Below are positions 43,601 through 56,317 of a DNA stretch of 64,000 bases, piece after piece. The number at the start of each line of letters is the position of its first letter. Position 1 is the first letter of the stretch. The stretch covers positions 4,566,862 to 4,630,861 of the forward strand of contig SMSO01000025.1 in assembly GCA_004764695.1 (NCBI GenBank). Reading direction: 5' to 3'. Under the pieces are notes generated by a model that had not been told where the DNA came from, made no database searches, and was given only the letters and a program-made list of their open reading frames with translations. Position numbers and translations under genes: made by a program. Source of the DNA: Schizochytrium sp. TIO01. Lineage: Eukaryota; Protista; Bigyra: Labyrinthulomycetes.

Positions 43601-46600
43601 GGCCGAACACACCCTTACGACGCTTTTCACATTTGCCATCAATCAGATCTTGAGTCTGGTTTGCACTGGTTTGGGCCGAGAAGGTGAGCATTAGAGGAAT
43701 AAAGTTTGCCGGAAGACCTGTACTAATGTGCTTGTTAATATTAACAGTTTTACCTGTTCCCGTTGGGCCAGTCATGAGCATGTGCTTGCCGTTGCGCATA
43801 AGGATATCTATGAGATAAGTATAGCAAATGGAGTCTCTAGTAGGCACGATTGTTTCGTGAAAGCTAAGCTCAGGATCACATACAAACGGCTTAATTGTCT
43901 CCATCCAGCGCGTCCATCGTTTTTTCGGAGGAGGTTTGCCACCATCATCAGCTGCATAAGCATCTTGAACAGCTACAGGAATGCTCCAGACAAAATCATA
44001 GATTGTCAACACAGTGCCATCATCTGCAGCTTCAGGAAAGCAGAATTCACAGTTGTGTGAATCCATCAAATTTCGCATGTATTGATCAAAGCGTTCGCGG
44101 CCCTCACGATCAACTGTACAACACAGAGACCATACAGCACAGAACAGAAAGATGGGTTCAAGGTCCTGGAGAAACTCTTTGACCTTTGCCTTTGAGACAG
44201 ACTCCCCGCCTTCCTTTACTGCGAATGGGGCAAAGTAGCAATCTAAGCATTTTAGTAAGCTTGCGTTAAGTGCGTTGTCACAAGTTGGCACAGGCTCCTT
44301 GAAGTTACGACGCAAAAACCAAATTAGGCTCTTGACATACTTGTCGAAAAGTGTTTGAAGCTTTTTGACAAAATCGGGCGTACGTGTTGCTTCAGGGAGG
44401 TTCTCTAGCCAACTGCGTTGGACTGGCTCGAGGCCTAGGGTATGTGGCTCCATGTACACAATTCCGACACGAGAAACTGTGGCTGGAGATGCAACCTGGA
44501 GATCCTCAACTTCAAACATCATGGTCATCTCAGGACTGAGAGCGACAATTTCACCAGAGTTCAAACAAAGCTTCTTGTTATCGTCCAGGACAGTATTCAT
44601 GTTTTCAATCCAAATAGCATCTACGGGACCATCAAACATGATCCACTTACGGTCCGGAGTTGTACTCTTTGCGCACTCACGAACGAGAAAAGCAAGAATT
44701 CCATCCTGCCACTCATGGGTGTTGGGGTCGAATTCGCCATAAAGCTGACCCATAGTAATACTCTTGGGATTGACAGTGTGCCGCACAACATTTTCAAACG
44801 CAAATCCCTCGATACCCCGACTCTTCAGCAAACAAAGTGTCTCATCAAGACACTCCACATTACGTGACTTACCACCACCAGTGGGACCCACCAACATGAG
44901 ACCGTGACGCACAACGATGGTTTCATAGAGCTGGATACATTTCTGCATGAAAAAGGGTACCGGTTGAAGGGTCATTTTCTCAGACGTCATTTTCAAACAC
45001 TTGAGCAGCTCACCATAATCAATATCCGGACGCTTGCGTCCAGGAAACAAATCAGAAATGATACCTCTGAAAAGAGGCAAATCATGACTGAGGAATTTTG
45101 GAAGATTTACATCTTGTAGAGCACGAAGCAGAAGAACCTCTTCTTCAGTGTCCGGTTCCGCCGCCTTCAGGTTTCCTGCTGCAACAATTGTAGTCTTGAC
45201 GGCACGCATACCATAATCATAATGATCCTGACTTGACAGCTGCTCTGAGCAAAGCTGAAAGGTAGCAACCATCTTCTTTGCACAGGTACGAGCTTTGGCA
45301 TAACCAAACGAGTAAAGCATAATCTCACCAATAAGAGCGTAGTCAGGCACCATCATTGCTACAGGACGGAAAAGTGCCTTGAGATTGTCGGGAAGTTCAG
45401 TACGACCAGCATAACCAGGATTCATGGTAATATATACTGCAAACTGATCATTCATGTTGATCATAGTACCCTCAAACTCAATCCTATCTAGGCCTGCTTT
45501 TGCAGCATGCTGCAGAGTCATGATTTGTTGTGCAACCACGGAAAGCACTTCTACATCGATACGGTTAAACTCGTCGAAGCAGGCCCAGGCACCACACGAT
45601 CCAAGTCCCTTGAAGAATTTGCCCATGGCAAGATAATCGAGACCATCAGAGCAGTTGAAAACGACACATTGTTTTGCCAGGGCCTTGGCCAAGTCCTTTG
45701 TGGTTTCGGTTTTACCTGTACCAGCAGGTCCTGCAGGAGCTCCACCTAACGTCATTTGAAGAGCACCCATGAGTGTTAAGTAACATTTATCAGTCAGGGG
45801 CGTAATCACAAGACGGAAAGAGTTACCAAGATATTCGTAACCATATGGACGACGTGAAGACACCATCATTACACGCATGTCTCCAGCTAAAGCTTCTCCA
45901 TCCTCCCAGTAGAAGCGCATTTGAGAAATCCAGAGGAATTCCTCCTTGTTGCTCACGCGCTCAACCGCAAGTTTTTCGGTCACATCACGTGCGTGCACAT
46001 CAATGACAGTAAGAGCAGAAAGGGTGATACGAGCCATACGCTTGAGCTTTGGGTCTCGAACAAGTTCGACCATGTCAGAAATCTGTCGAACTTGCTGTTC
46101 AAAGCACTCTTGTACACCATCGGCACCCTTAGATTCCATTCCTTCTTCAATCTCTCTGGTCCAGTGAAATTGAGAGCCGTTAATGGCGCACTGACCAGCA
46201 ACCTTTTGGATCCAGTCCGTACGAGGAATTTGGACGTACTCAAGCATAGATGCGTAAAGAACTTCCTTCACAGATTGTTTCATTGTGTCATCAAGCATTG
46301 TCATCCAGTCCTCGACGTTGCGGCCTGCTGGGTCAATTTCTTGAGCAAGCTTAACTTGCTCTCCCTCGGAAGAGAACATTTCTGTGATAATTTGGTTTTC
46401 ATCAAAGTGTACACGCTTGATACCTTCGAAACACTTCTTCAAGTGCGGCTGAACCATGGTCGGATCCTTCGTTTGAGACAGAATCTCAAGCAGTTCCTCG
46501 TTTGACAAAAAGTAGAAGCGGGCAAAACCAGACCTTTTCGTCTCCAGATAATCAGAAAGACCTTTACTCACCATGTCAAGAAATTTGTTAGATTCGACCC

Positions 46601-49600
46601 ATCGATCTAACAGGCTTTCGCTTGCACAAAATTTGATAGCGCATGGCTTTTCTACAGCTGCCTGCAATGTCTGACGCCAATTTTTATCAACCGTAGCAAA
46701 ACGCTTACCCTCAGTGGGAAGTTGCTTGTTGATATCTGGCGAGTCAAAAATTGGCTGCAGATACAACCAGTTGCGCTGCACAGCCATCCACTCGTCGAGA
46801 ACATCGTTCACTACACTCAAAGTGTGGTTCCACTTCTCTATGCGCTCTTCAAAAGGACCTTTAAAAGCGCTAAACATCATGGCTTGTGTCATAGTGACAT
46901 GTTCATCAAGCAGAGCTTGCAACTCGTCAAAGCCATGCAGGACATATGTTCCGGTTTCCTTATAAGCAGAAACGTTGAGGTCGACACCGCTCCATTCGCG
47001 TTCCATCTTGTCAAGCGCGACCTCAATCTGAAACTCCTTCCCAGCCACCTCACCTGCCTTCGTGATCATGTCTGCCTTAGCATGATCAGTAAGAAGACCA
47101 AGATCATCGGACATAAGTTTCTGCAAAGTAAATTCAGGATCATCGGGGTCAAGTACAAGCTGTGTCGTGTAGCCAAGTTTGCTGTTGACCGCCTTCCAAT
47201 GGCGTTCTCGCATGCCTGGGTTGCGCAAGGAAATGACGAGCGGAACAACAGGCTTGAAATGCTCTACTTGAGACTTGATGGTTTCGGCAGACGCCACAAT
47301 TTCTGGAAGCTCAACCTTCTCAAAGTATTTTACAGAGCGGATCAAATTACGATGGTAGTCGTAAACTTCCTGTTCGATTTCTTCGGCATTAAGATCAACA
47401 AATTTTTTCCCCATCCAGACTTTGCTATTCTTGAGCCATGAATCAATTGAGTTCCACAAAGTCTCATACGGCTCAAATTCCTTGGTCATATTAGTCACAG
47501 CGTCATAGTTTGTGAGCTCCTGTTCAAACAGAATTTCGCGGGAATTGAAGCGTCTGGCATCTTCTTCAGCTTGATTAAGGCGCGCGCGGAGATCACGCAC
47601 CCGCTTTGCAATCATTGTAATTCGGCCAAGATCAGCGTGCTGTGCTAGACCTTCGATATCCTGCTCAAGCTGTCCTAAGGTGTAAGTGAAACCTTCTTGC
47701 TCTTCCTGTTGTTGCTCTTGATAGCTCACCCTTGTGACTTCGTTTCGAGCCTCGGCCTTCTCCAAGGTTTCTGCAACCGCCTTTGGTGCTCCGAAGATAC
47801 ACCAAGGAAGGTCGATATCATCTTGCTTTTTGAACTGGAACCAGTAAGAATCAAGGATTGCGATTTTGTTGAATACCTTGCGTGCGTCAGCTTCAAGTGC
47901 GCGAACTTTGGTTGGGACCTGCTCCATAAACTGCTCCACAGCGGTAAGCTCCTCGATATTTTCGACAGGTTTTTCGATCTCACGACGAATGTCGTTGTAC
48001 TGCTCCATAATAAAGTTCCCCACTTCAACCGTGCGAGTAGCTAAGAGGTTTTTCAAACGATCAACGAGCTCTTGATGCTTATCCTGAAGTAATCGTCGCA
48101 GTGTGCTACAGGAAACTGAAAAGATACCTACGCAGATGGAGTTGGGAATAATTTCACCAATTTCCTCCTTGGCTGCGATGTGAGTGTCGATGAGTGCCTT
48201 GATTTTCTTTGGGTCGAGCATAGCAGGACGCTTTTTACTTCCATCTCCGCCCTTCTCGTCATCGTCATCTTCCTCTTCTTCTCCACCATCACGGCATGAG
48301 CGCTCCACTTCAGCCATGAAATCATCGATTTCGAAATTAAGGAACTCAAGATGCTGATTGTACTGTGCAAGATACTCGCCAAGGGGCTTCACAGCACGTG
48401 ACATCGATGCCTCGAGGTCCTCTGAAAGTGCCTGAACCCACTGTTCATGCTGACTGACAGCACGGATAAGGGGCTCATCCGGCCAGAAAAGCTTATCCAT
48501 GACTTGCTTCTCTACGCGAGAAATGTTCTGCAGGGAAGAAAGTGCTTTGAAGAAGAGCTGTACAGGTACTTTGGGGAATACTTTGGGATCCATGTTGTAT
48601 TTAATAACATAACGGCCTTGTCCCTCTTCGCTATTGCCAGAGCCACCACCTGCGTTTGCCCCATCCCCTTCTGCATGGTTCTCATCATCATCTCCATCTT
48701 TACTGCCCTGATCCTCGTCCTTAGCAGAGTTACTCTCACCATGCTCGCCTTCTGGAGATGTTCTTGCAGTTCCCATAGAGTTTGCCTCTTTCAGTGCATC
48801 ATTGGCTTCTGTCCCTGTTCCTGTTGCTCCGTCTTGTCCACTCTCGCCGGACCCAGTGTCGCGTTCTTCCACTACAAGATCTAGGGCAAAAAGGGGGCCC
48901 TGACGCTTTGATTCGTCAGCCTTGTAATCAAACTTAATCACCACAGAGGTAGCAGATTTCACTGTGATTTGTGCGTCTGCTGAGCGGCGAAGAAAGTCTA
49001 CGAAGTCTTCGAGAGAAGCCACCGTCATGAATCGCATGGAGTCTTGCATCATACAATTGACCAGAGTAAAGAATCTTTTAAGCTTGCTGAAATTATAGAC
49101 CTCAGCGCTGCTCTCACGAAGGTTAAACCAGCCCTTCCCGACATCCTTGAAGCTTGCACGAACGATGTTTTTTACAGCCATTGTCCACTTGCCCTTGACG
49201 AACGCGACAGTATTGGCTGCAGCTGTTGTTTGAAGATGCTGAAACTCATCTAGCTTTACACTTTTGGCAATTGTGGTGTTAAACAAATGATACTGCAGAA
49301 CTTTTGCACACTCGAGTCCAATAGTTTCAAGCGCCGCCATAACTCCATCTTGAGTGTAAAGTGATTTAAAAGAAAAATCTTGGAGTCTCTCATTAAAATC
49401 GTAGACCGGTAGCTTGGGGCGTGGTTGTGATGCTAATGTCGCAGCATCGAGTGGTTCTGTAGCCTTAAGGAGGTCAACATGTGGCAAAAATTCTTGCAAG
49501 AGACTTGCAAGCATACCATCGGGGGTACGTTTCGATGCAGTTGAGCTGGAAAAGTTCCCGGTCTTGTTGGTACTGGCGATGCGATTCAATGTCTGATGGA

Positions 49601-50642
49601 AGATGACCTTGTTCATGGCGCTAGCAAAGGCTGCTCGCGCTTCATCCAAAAGTTTTGCTTTTAGGCTTTCCTTCTCACTGGCATTTTTCTCCCGAAGTTT
49701 AGTTTGAATGCGCTTGGTCTGCTGTTGATCGAGTGTGGCAATGCCTTCGATTGGCATGGAGTCTAGCGTCAAGTAGAAATTGAGCAATGTAAGAGCTTCA
49801 TTGCGCCGTTTATGAGCATTTGCTACACGGTTGGCGAATTGAATTGGGGATTCTCCTAGAAGGTAGACATCGAGGCGTGATCGATGTTCACGGGTACCCT
49901 TACTACTAGATTCCGTCCATTCGATCTCCAGAGCGCCTCCATTTTCTGGGGACCAGGATCTAACGATGCAGGAGATCCACATACCATTCTCGTGGCGGGC
50001 TTTCGCCGGGATGCCTACAAAGTCTCCTGAAATTGGATCACTTCCCAAACGCTTCCATGTTTCTAAAGTGCGCTCTTCATACTCAGTGTCATCAAAGGGA
50101 AACAACGGCAGTGCCTCTTCAGCACGGTCATCTTCTTGTTGTGCTTGTGCAGATTGTGTTGATGGCATTCTGTCTTGTAGAAGTTTGGCAAGGTCCCAGG
50201 AAGCGTAAATTTTTTTGAGGCGCTCTACCTCGACGCGTCGCGGGGCACGACCCGGAAGCGGTCTGTGCGGAACCTGGACTTTGGGTTCGCTTGCCCTGGC
50301 CAAAATTGAAGTTTCGTCACGCACATCATTGCTGCGATCTCCTGACCACAGGCTTGCCCTTCCCCGGAGCGGCACAATGCCCGGAGGTACAGGGCGAAAG
50401 TTCGTGGCTTTGGGTGATTTTTGCACAGGACTTGTCGGAGACCGAATCTCGCGTTCGTCCTTGTACTCATCAGACTCCTCACGTATGGCGATAGACTCGC
50501 TCATAATTCCACGCTGCGGTTCATTTTGCGCAGGTGGAGAGACGAGGTCATGAATCTCAGTTTTTTGTCCCTTAGAGGATTTCGATGACGCTGTATCGAC
50601 CTTGAGCGACGACGCTGTCGATGCCGACGCCGAAGAAGACAT
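37603..50642 (-). CDS. DNAH1: Axonemal inner-arm dynein heavy chain, DNAH1-like (~4346 aa), split by one 1-nt frameshift at 39090-39095
   Basis: P-loops GPAGTGKT, GPTGGGKS, GPTGTGKT, GVGGSGRQS; RLVITPLT; CFDEFNR; C-terminal RRGTLSTTGHSTNFV; N-terminal PGRAPRRVEVER...LPLFPFDDTEYE is DNAH1-like; ORFs 39069-50660 and 37603-39168 join at EPP-x-GLRANL. Confidence 0.92.
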
Positions 50643-51801
50643 CGATCCGCTCGTTAACACCGCCTCACGACGTCAACCTCGCCAAGCCTGCTGATTTAAG
50701 CAACGCCAAGCGCTCTTATTTGCTAAATTTTTGTCTGTGATGAAGTGATTGTTGTGTTCGGTACGCTGTTGCCAATATTAGGCAAATTGCGACCTTGGGG
50801 TTTACAGCGTCGCAACTACCTCGGCAAACAATCGTTCGAGATTTGCGAAATACAGGCCTACACCAGACGCCAGAGCGTCCTCGCCTGCTGGCTTCTCTTT
50901 CCTCCTCGACTTGCAGCTGCCACCAGCAGCAGCTCAGAGGTTCCAAGCGTGAATGATAGTGTCTTCTCCAAGAAGGGACTTGCGCAGAATGCGCTGCCTC
51001 TTCTCCAAATTACCGTTGCAGGAGGGGTGCGCGAAGGTACACACCTTTACTATGGGGACATCTTCTGATGCAAAGTGGACAAGGGGCTAGAGAGGAATAT
51101 TAGCAACATGAAGCATCTGAGAGAGATCGTACAAGTGAATGAGGGTATTGTTTTATCGAATTAGACAAAGAATCTGAGGAGAGGAAATATAAATGATGAT
51201 ACGAGTTTCGATTGACCTTTTTTTTTTTTTTTTTTTTTTAAATGTAGAAATGTATCATGCAATACAATGCACCGAAGTTGAGCTTGGGAAACAGAAATTC
51301 GTGCAGCCGAAGTCGGGCATAGAAACAGATGACTGAAGAAGGTTTGGCTTCTTGCCCCATGAAAAAAAAATCCTAGATAACCTTGACAGATTATAGCTAC
51401 AAGAATATGGGCAAAGAGAAGTAAATGAGTTTCTGTTTCGATATTTTCTGTTTTCGAACATACGTAGCTTCGAAAGATTTTCTGACGAATGGTGAGTAGG
51501 AATAAAACTACTTTCGATTCGATACTGTTTATATAGGATTTTAAAAAGTTGCCTTTGCTGTTTACTTGATACTGATGGCAAAGTTGATCTTCTGAAGTGC
51601 GACGTGCTGCTGAAAGTTTGAATTTGTAACATCAATTAATCATCGCAGCATATGACGCCAACCTCGCTCTTGCGAAGCCATTTGATTGCACGCAAACCAG
51701 TTCCAGCAGCAAAATTGGTCTCAGCCCCATTGATGATAAATGCATTGCTTTCTATATATTGTTTGCACCGTCAGTATTCACCTCGAATTTCGACATAAAA
51801 T

Positions 51802-52571
51802 TCATTTTGCCCCGTTAAACTTACCTTTTTTCGCAGTGTGAAGTTTGGCCTCCTCGTGAGATCGTTCATCGTCGTATGGCTGATCATAGTGCTCATCCTC
51901 ATTCTCGCCTCCATGCTGGTCTGGGCTTTTACTTTCTTGCGTATATCTTCTTGAAGGATCCGCAAGATCCTCTTCGTCCTCTTCATCGTCAAGTAGGTGC
52001 TTCCAGTCAAGAGGTGTGCGACCGTCGGCGTCTACTGCCGACGTGTCTACGTCTGTGTTAGAGATTAACCAGTTTCCGAGCTCAATATGTTCCATGCAGA
52101 AAGCGTAGTGGGCACAGTTTTGACCTTCATGATCAGTGAGATTAACCATAGCCCCTGCGTCGATGAGAAACCTTGATATTTCTTCGTTGCCCTCCGAACA
52201 GGCCTGCATAAGCGCAGATCGACCTTGGTAATCCTGCTCATTAATATCCGCTCCTGCATCAAGTAATACACGTGTTGACTTCAAATTTCCAGCAAGTACT
52301 GCACAGTGTAAGATGCTTGGTGATCCATCCTCTTTGCACAAATACTCAGACTTTCGTAAGCATCCTGGCAGTTCAGCTTCAAGAAGTTGCTTAAGTTTTT
52401 CTACATCCCGCACGGCCTTATGAAGCTGTGATCATAGTTCGAAATATGTAAAGTACATGGCTTAGGTCAGTTTACAGTGTTCGAGACACATGAGTTAAAT
52501 AAGTATATGAGTGTTGATGTTGAAACGAGCGCTTGAATTAAACTTACAGGCGTGGTTCCGGACACCGTCAT
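51802..52571 (-). CDS. Small ankyrin-repeat protein with acidic tail; exons 52571-52548 and 52425-51802
   Basis: MTVSGTTP|LHKAVRD restores a TPLH ankyrin motif across a GTAAGT...ACAG intron; further repeats GADINEQDYQGRSALMQA, DHEGQNCAHYA, DADGRTPLD. Confidence 0.88.
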
Positions 52572-53541
52572 GGCGTTGGACCTCGACACGACGTCGTTTT
52601 GTTTACGTTTTTCGGATTCGATAGTAGGCAGTCACTCCGCGTTTCAATACGTCACTACAACTTAAGTAGGTGCAGTTGTGTTGGTGTGACACCAACCGAG
52701 CGTGTGATAGCAATCAGCACAACCCCGAGAGCGATTACTTTGCGAGGTCCTCCAAGCAGGGTATGGCGCGAGGTTATACAGAACCTCGCGCTGCGCTACG
52801 AAGCCTTGGAAAGCCGCGTAGGCAGCGCTAACAGGTAGATCAGACCCCTTGTTCCAGGCGACGATTGACTTTGGAGCTCTTTCTCCACTCCTGTTTCTGC
52901 GAACCTGGTATCAAATTGAATAAAGCCAACAAGGGACTCGTGTGTCCAGAGATAAGGTTTCCGTCTATTTACATAAGCGTATAATTAGCAAGAATTGACC
53001 CCTTCGTTTCAAGAAGAGGAAAGGAAAGCTAGCGAGGAAGCAAGTCCGCACAGGTTAAATATTATGGAAAAGATGCTAGACCGCTTCTTCGTGCCTACCA
53101 AATCAATTTTTTCTGAGCACGGTAACTTGGACATAACTCCGCGCGATCAGAGAACACACCTCCGGTGAACTTCCAAAGCTGTCAGTGACATACACACTCA
53201 ATATGTGTGTATCTGAGCTTATATAGTTCCCCAAACAAGTACACTGCCCAGGATTGTCTTGGTGTTTCCCGTCTGTGAACGGAACCTTTTGCACAACCCT
53301 TTTTACTTTCAGGCACACACCCTGACGCGGGCCATTGTTCGAGTCAGCAGTGACTGCCTCGCTTTTGGCGCGGGTACGATGGAATGACGAAGATTGCGTG
53401 TGAAGTGCAGTGCACCGACTTTCGGGTCAATAAGCGTATACCTAAAGTCTGGTCATCAAGGCGGAGAGCGTGGCATGATCTCCTCTTCCTAAGGAAGCGT
53501 GGAAGAGTGCCAGCGCTGCAGACCTCCCCACGTAAGGGAGG

Positions 53542-55410
53542 ATGAGCAAACTGAGGAGGCTCATTGAGTTCTTACGCAAACCCAGGTGTCGAGCGGCTGT
53601 GCAGGAAGGAGAAGATGAGCCTTCCGACCTGATACTTGGAGAAAGACCTAGGACGCAGCTTTCAGCCATCATTAAAGCAAAAGCTACCACGAGGGAGATT
53701 TCTCTTCGCATACGCGACAAAGTGAAGACCGCCTTCAATCGACAAAAAGCGGGTCCAAATGCAGGTGATGCAGAGCTGAAGATAATCAAACAGGACGAAG
53801 AAACCACTCAAAACACAGCGACCAATCTTGAGGTAGACTCGGTTAAAGTAAGTCCTCTTTGGAGATTCTTTAAAACCATAAGTAAACCACGATGCTGCGG
53901 TGGGATTGACGAATTAAATAAGGAAGATCCCTCTCAATCAGTACTTGCTGATGGTACGAAGAAAGAAAAGGCTAAGGCAGGCCGAAAAGGCTTGTTTGGA
54001 TATTTGAAAGAAAAAGCTCAGGTCATTCTTTCTAAAGCCACCACTGGAGTGAATGCCTTGAAAGAATGGGGTGATGCTGTTGGGAAAAAGTTAGCAAGTT
54101 CAAAGCTCTTTGGGTCTCGGTTTCGTAAATTGAAAACCCTTTTTGGAGGATTTGGAAGAAAAAGTGCAGTGCAGCGTGCTGTTGACCAAGCACGTAGCCT
54201 TGCCCTCCACCATGAACTTGCTGATATGCAAGCTCTAGCAAGACAGATTACATCTGGCGGTGTTATGCGTGGAGAATACTTCATGACAAAAACTTTACAA
54301 GATCGCATGGATTATTTACGACGCCTACGTGAGGAGGAAGAGCGCCGCCGAGCATGGGAGCAAGCATGTCATGAAGCACGTCTTAAGTACAGCAAGTTAT
54401 ATGCCCAGAACCTTTGGAATAATCTGTATGATTGGGTTGGCACTGATGGAGTGAAGAGAATCATTGCATATCGTGAACATTTAGAGTATCTCAGACTACG
54501 TCGAATTCGGGTTCTTGACGCGTTCGGGCGTTTTGCTCGGCGTCTTGAAATTCGACGAAGAGCAGCAGTTCTTTCGCGTGTGTTTTTGATGCGGATCACA
54601 CTCAAATCCGTTTTCGCTGATCACGATCGCCGCCAAGATGCTGCCCGCGATATACAATGTGCATTCCGTGTACTTATCGCAAGACGAGTCTTTCTTATGG
54701 CGTATATTGAGCAAGAGTCACGAATGCTTGACCTTGAAAAGGATTATGTTTGGGAGAAGTGGGCCGCACGGCTAGCTAGAGCTGTTAAAAGTATTGCACA
54801 TGTTGAAACAGAGGCACACCGCCAGGCTCGACGTAGGGTATGGGCGCGCACGGAGTTTTCCAGGGCTCTGGCCGAGAAACACTTTTTGACGTATGGGAAC
54901 CCTCCAGGACGTGACCCACCTGCTGTGACAAGCTTCCAAAAACCTTGTGATGGTTCGGTTGCCCTGAAACTTCCGGATACTGAAGCTTCGAAAATAGTGG
55001 CTCCTATTGGCGACGATACTCCAGAGGCTGAACGGCTCAATTGGATTGGGGTTCCAATTGGTGTCTCGGCGAATCAGAAACGTTTTGATCCCAAGCACAT
55101 TAGATCCAGCAACAACCACCCACCGCGGAGGTCCCAGCAGAGTCCTGCGAAGAAGACGAAACCCCGAGACCATTTTAGTCTCGTTTACATGCCTCTCCCG
55201 ACGCACCTGCTTGGAGTTTCTTTGAAAGATTCTCGAAGCCGCCAAAAAGCCCAAGAAGACCTCTCTGCACTGAAAGCTGCTGCTCTTCGTCCAAACCAGC
55301 ATATTCAACCTGCTCCTGGGCCTGCCTCTAATTGGTACGAGCAAGAACAAGACGATTTATGGCGGAACCGAACGTCTCTCCTCACAACCTCCTTCGACTC
55401 CAGACCCTGA
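53542..55410 (+). CDS. Hypothetical basic protein with an IQ-like motif, 622 aa
   Basis: Long ATG-started ORF; AARDIQCAFRVLIARR fits IQxxxRxxxxR; Arg-rich helical core. Confidence 0.75.
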   Translation: MSKLRRLIEFLRKPRCRAAVQEGEDEPSDLILGERPRTQLSAIIKAKATTREISLRIRDKVKTAFNRQKAGPNAGDAELKIIKQDEETTQNTATNLEVDSVKVSPLWRFFKTISKPRCCGGIDELNKEDPSQSVLADGTKKEKAKAGRKGLFGYLKEKAQVILSKATTGVNALKEWGDAVGKKLASSKLFGSRFRKLKTLFGGFGRKSAVQRAVDQARSLALHHELADMQALARQITSGGVMRGEYFMTKTLQDRMDYLRRLREEEERRRAWEQACHEARLKYSKLYAQNLWNNLYDWVGTDGVKRIIAYREHLEYLRLRRIRVLDAFGRFARRLEIRRRAAVLSRVFLMRITLKSVFADHDRRQDAARDIQCAFRVLIARRVFLMAYIEQESRMLDLEKDYVWEKWAARLARAVKSIAHVETEAHRQARRRVWARTEFSRALAEKHFLTYGNPPGRDPPAVTSFQKPCDGSVALKLPDTEASKIVAPIGDDTPEAERLNWIGVPIGVSANQKRFDPKHIRSSNNHPPRRSQQSPAKKTKPRDHFSLVYMPLPTHLLGVSLKDSRSRQKAQEDLSALKAAALRPNQHIQPAPGPASNWYEQEQDDLWRNRTSLLTTSFDSRP

Positions 55411-56317
55411 CCTTATCAAGCTCCTCCCCAACCATAATTTATCACCTTGTAATTGACAAAATACACATTGTACTATACCTAATCGCTTCTGTCTAAGCCC
55501 TCTTGTGTCTCTGGCCACTTACTACCTACTTTCCTCAACATCCATCACCCCTCTCTAGAGAAGAGTTCAGTCCTTAGTCTGATTGCCATCAGCATTTCCT
55601 CATCACAATGGTATCACACCAGACATCAACCCACAGGTCGCTGCATTACATGCAATCAAATACAAGGACCCGTGTATTTCCTTTGTGCGGCTCAGACAAG
55701 ACCACCTCAGGGTCTCTAAGAGTTTAGCTATCCCAGCTATTGCTTCTCATTCTTAGTGAGACTAAGAGGGTTCTACCGTGTGCCTGTGGCTAGTCTTTTC
55801 AGGCGTAGGGACTAGCGGTGGATACCGTAAACACTAGCAATATGCTTGTAATTACCTCATCATTGGTAGTAGTAGTAGTAGTGGTAGTAGATGCAGTAGC
55901 AGGGACAAGCCGCTGAGGTTGATTCAATCGTCCGTGGAACTCTCTTTGCGCAGCAGCTGGAGTCTAGTTCGTAAGCATGGGGTTTCGATATGCACTATTG
56001 AGATGTATCTGTCAGGTATTTCCTGCCTTGGGTCTGCCATTGTCCTTTCGATGCAGCTTTCGTTCTTGTCTTAGACTGCCCCGATTTGCTTGGCAAAGAC
56101 CTTTCTAGTCTTGTACAGTATGCCACCCTCAATAACATGGTTTTTGTTGGAAACTTTACAGTACTCTTTAGTAAAAGAAAACGAGTACTTAAGTAATTGC
56201 AATTGTTGTGATTTATGTTTGGCATTGACATCTTCGAGTTGACCATGCTTCAGACCCCGAACCTTAAGCGCTGAGTGCGTGCTGGTTTCACGACTCTTAT
56301 CCACGATAGTCAACAAG

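Noticed and set aside
50768-50788. GTTGCC...GGCAA palindrome upstream of the dynein gene as an RFX X-box
   Set aside because: Spacer of 7 nt is too long for an X-box; single instance
51218-51239. T22 run as a retroposon poly(A) tail
   Set aside because: No target-site duplication or recognisable element body
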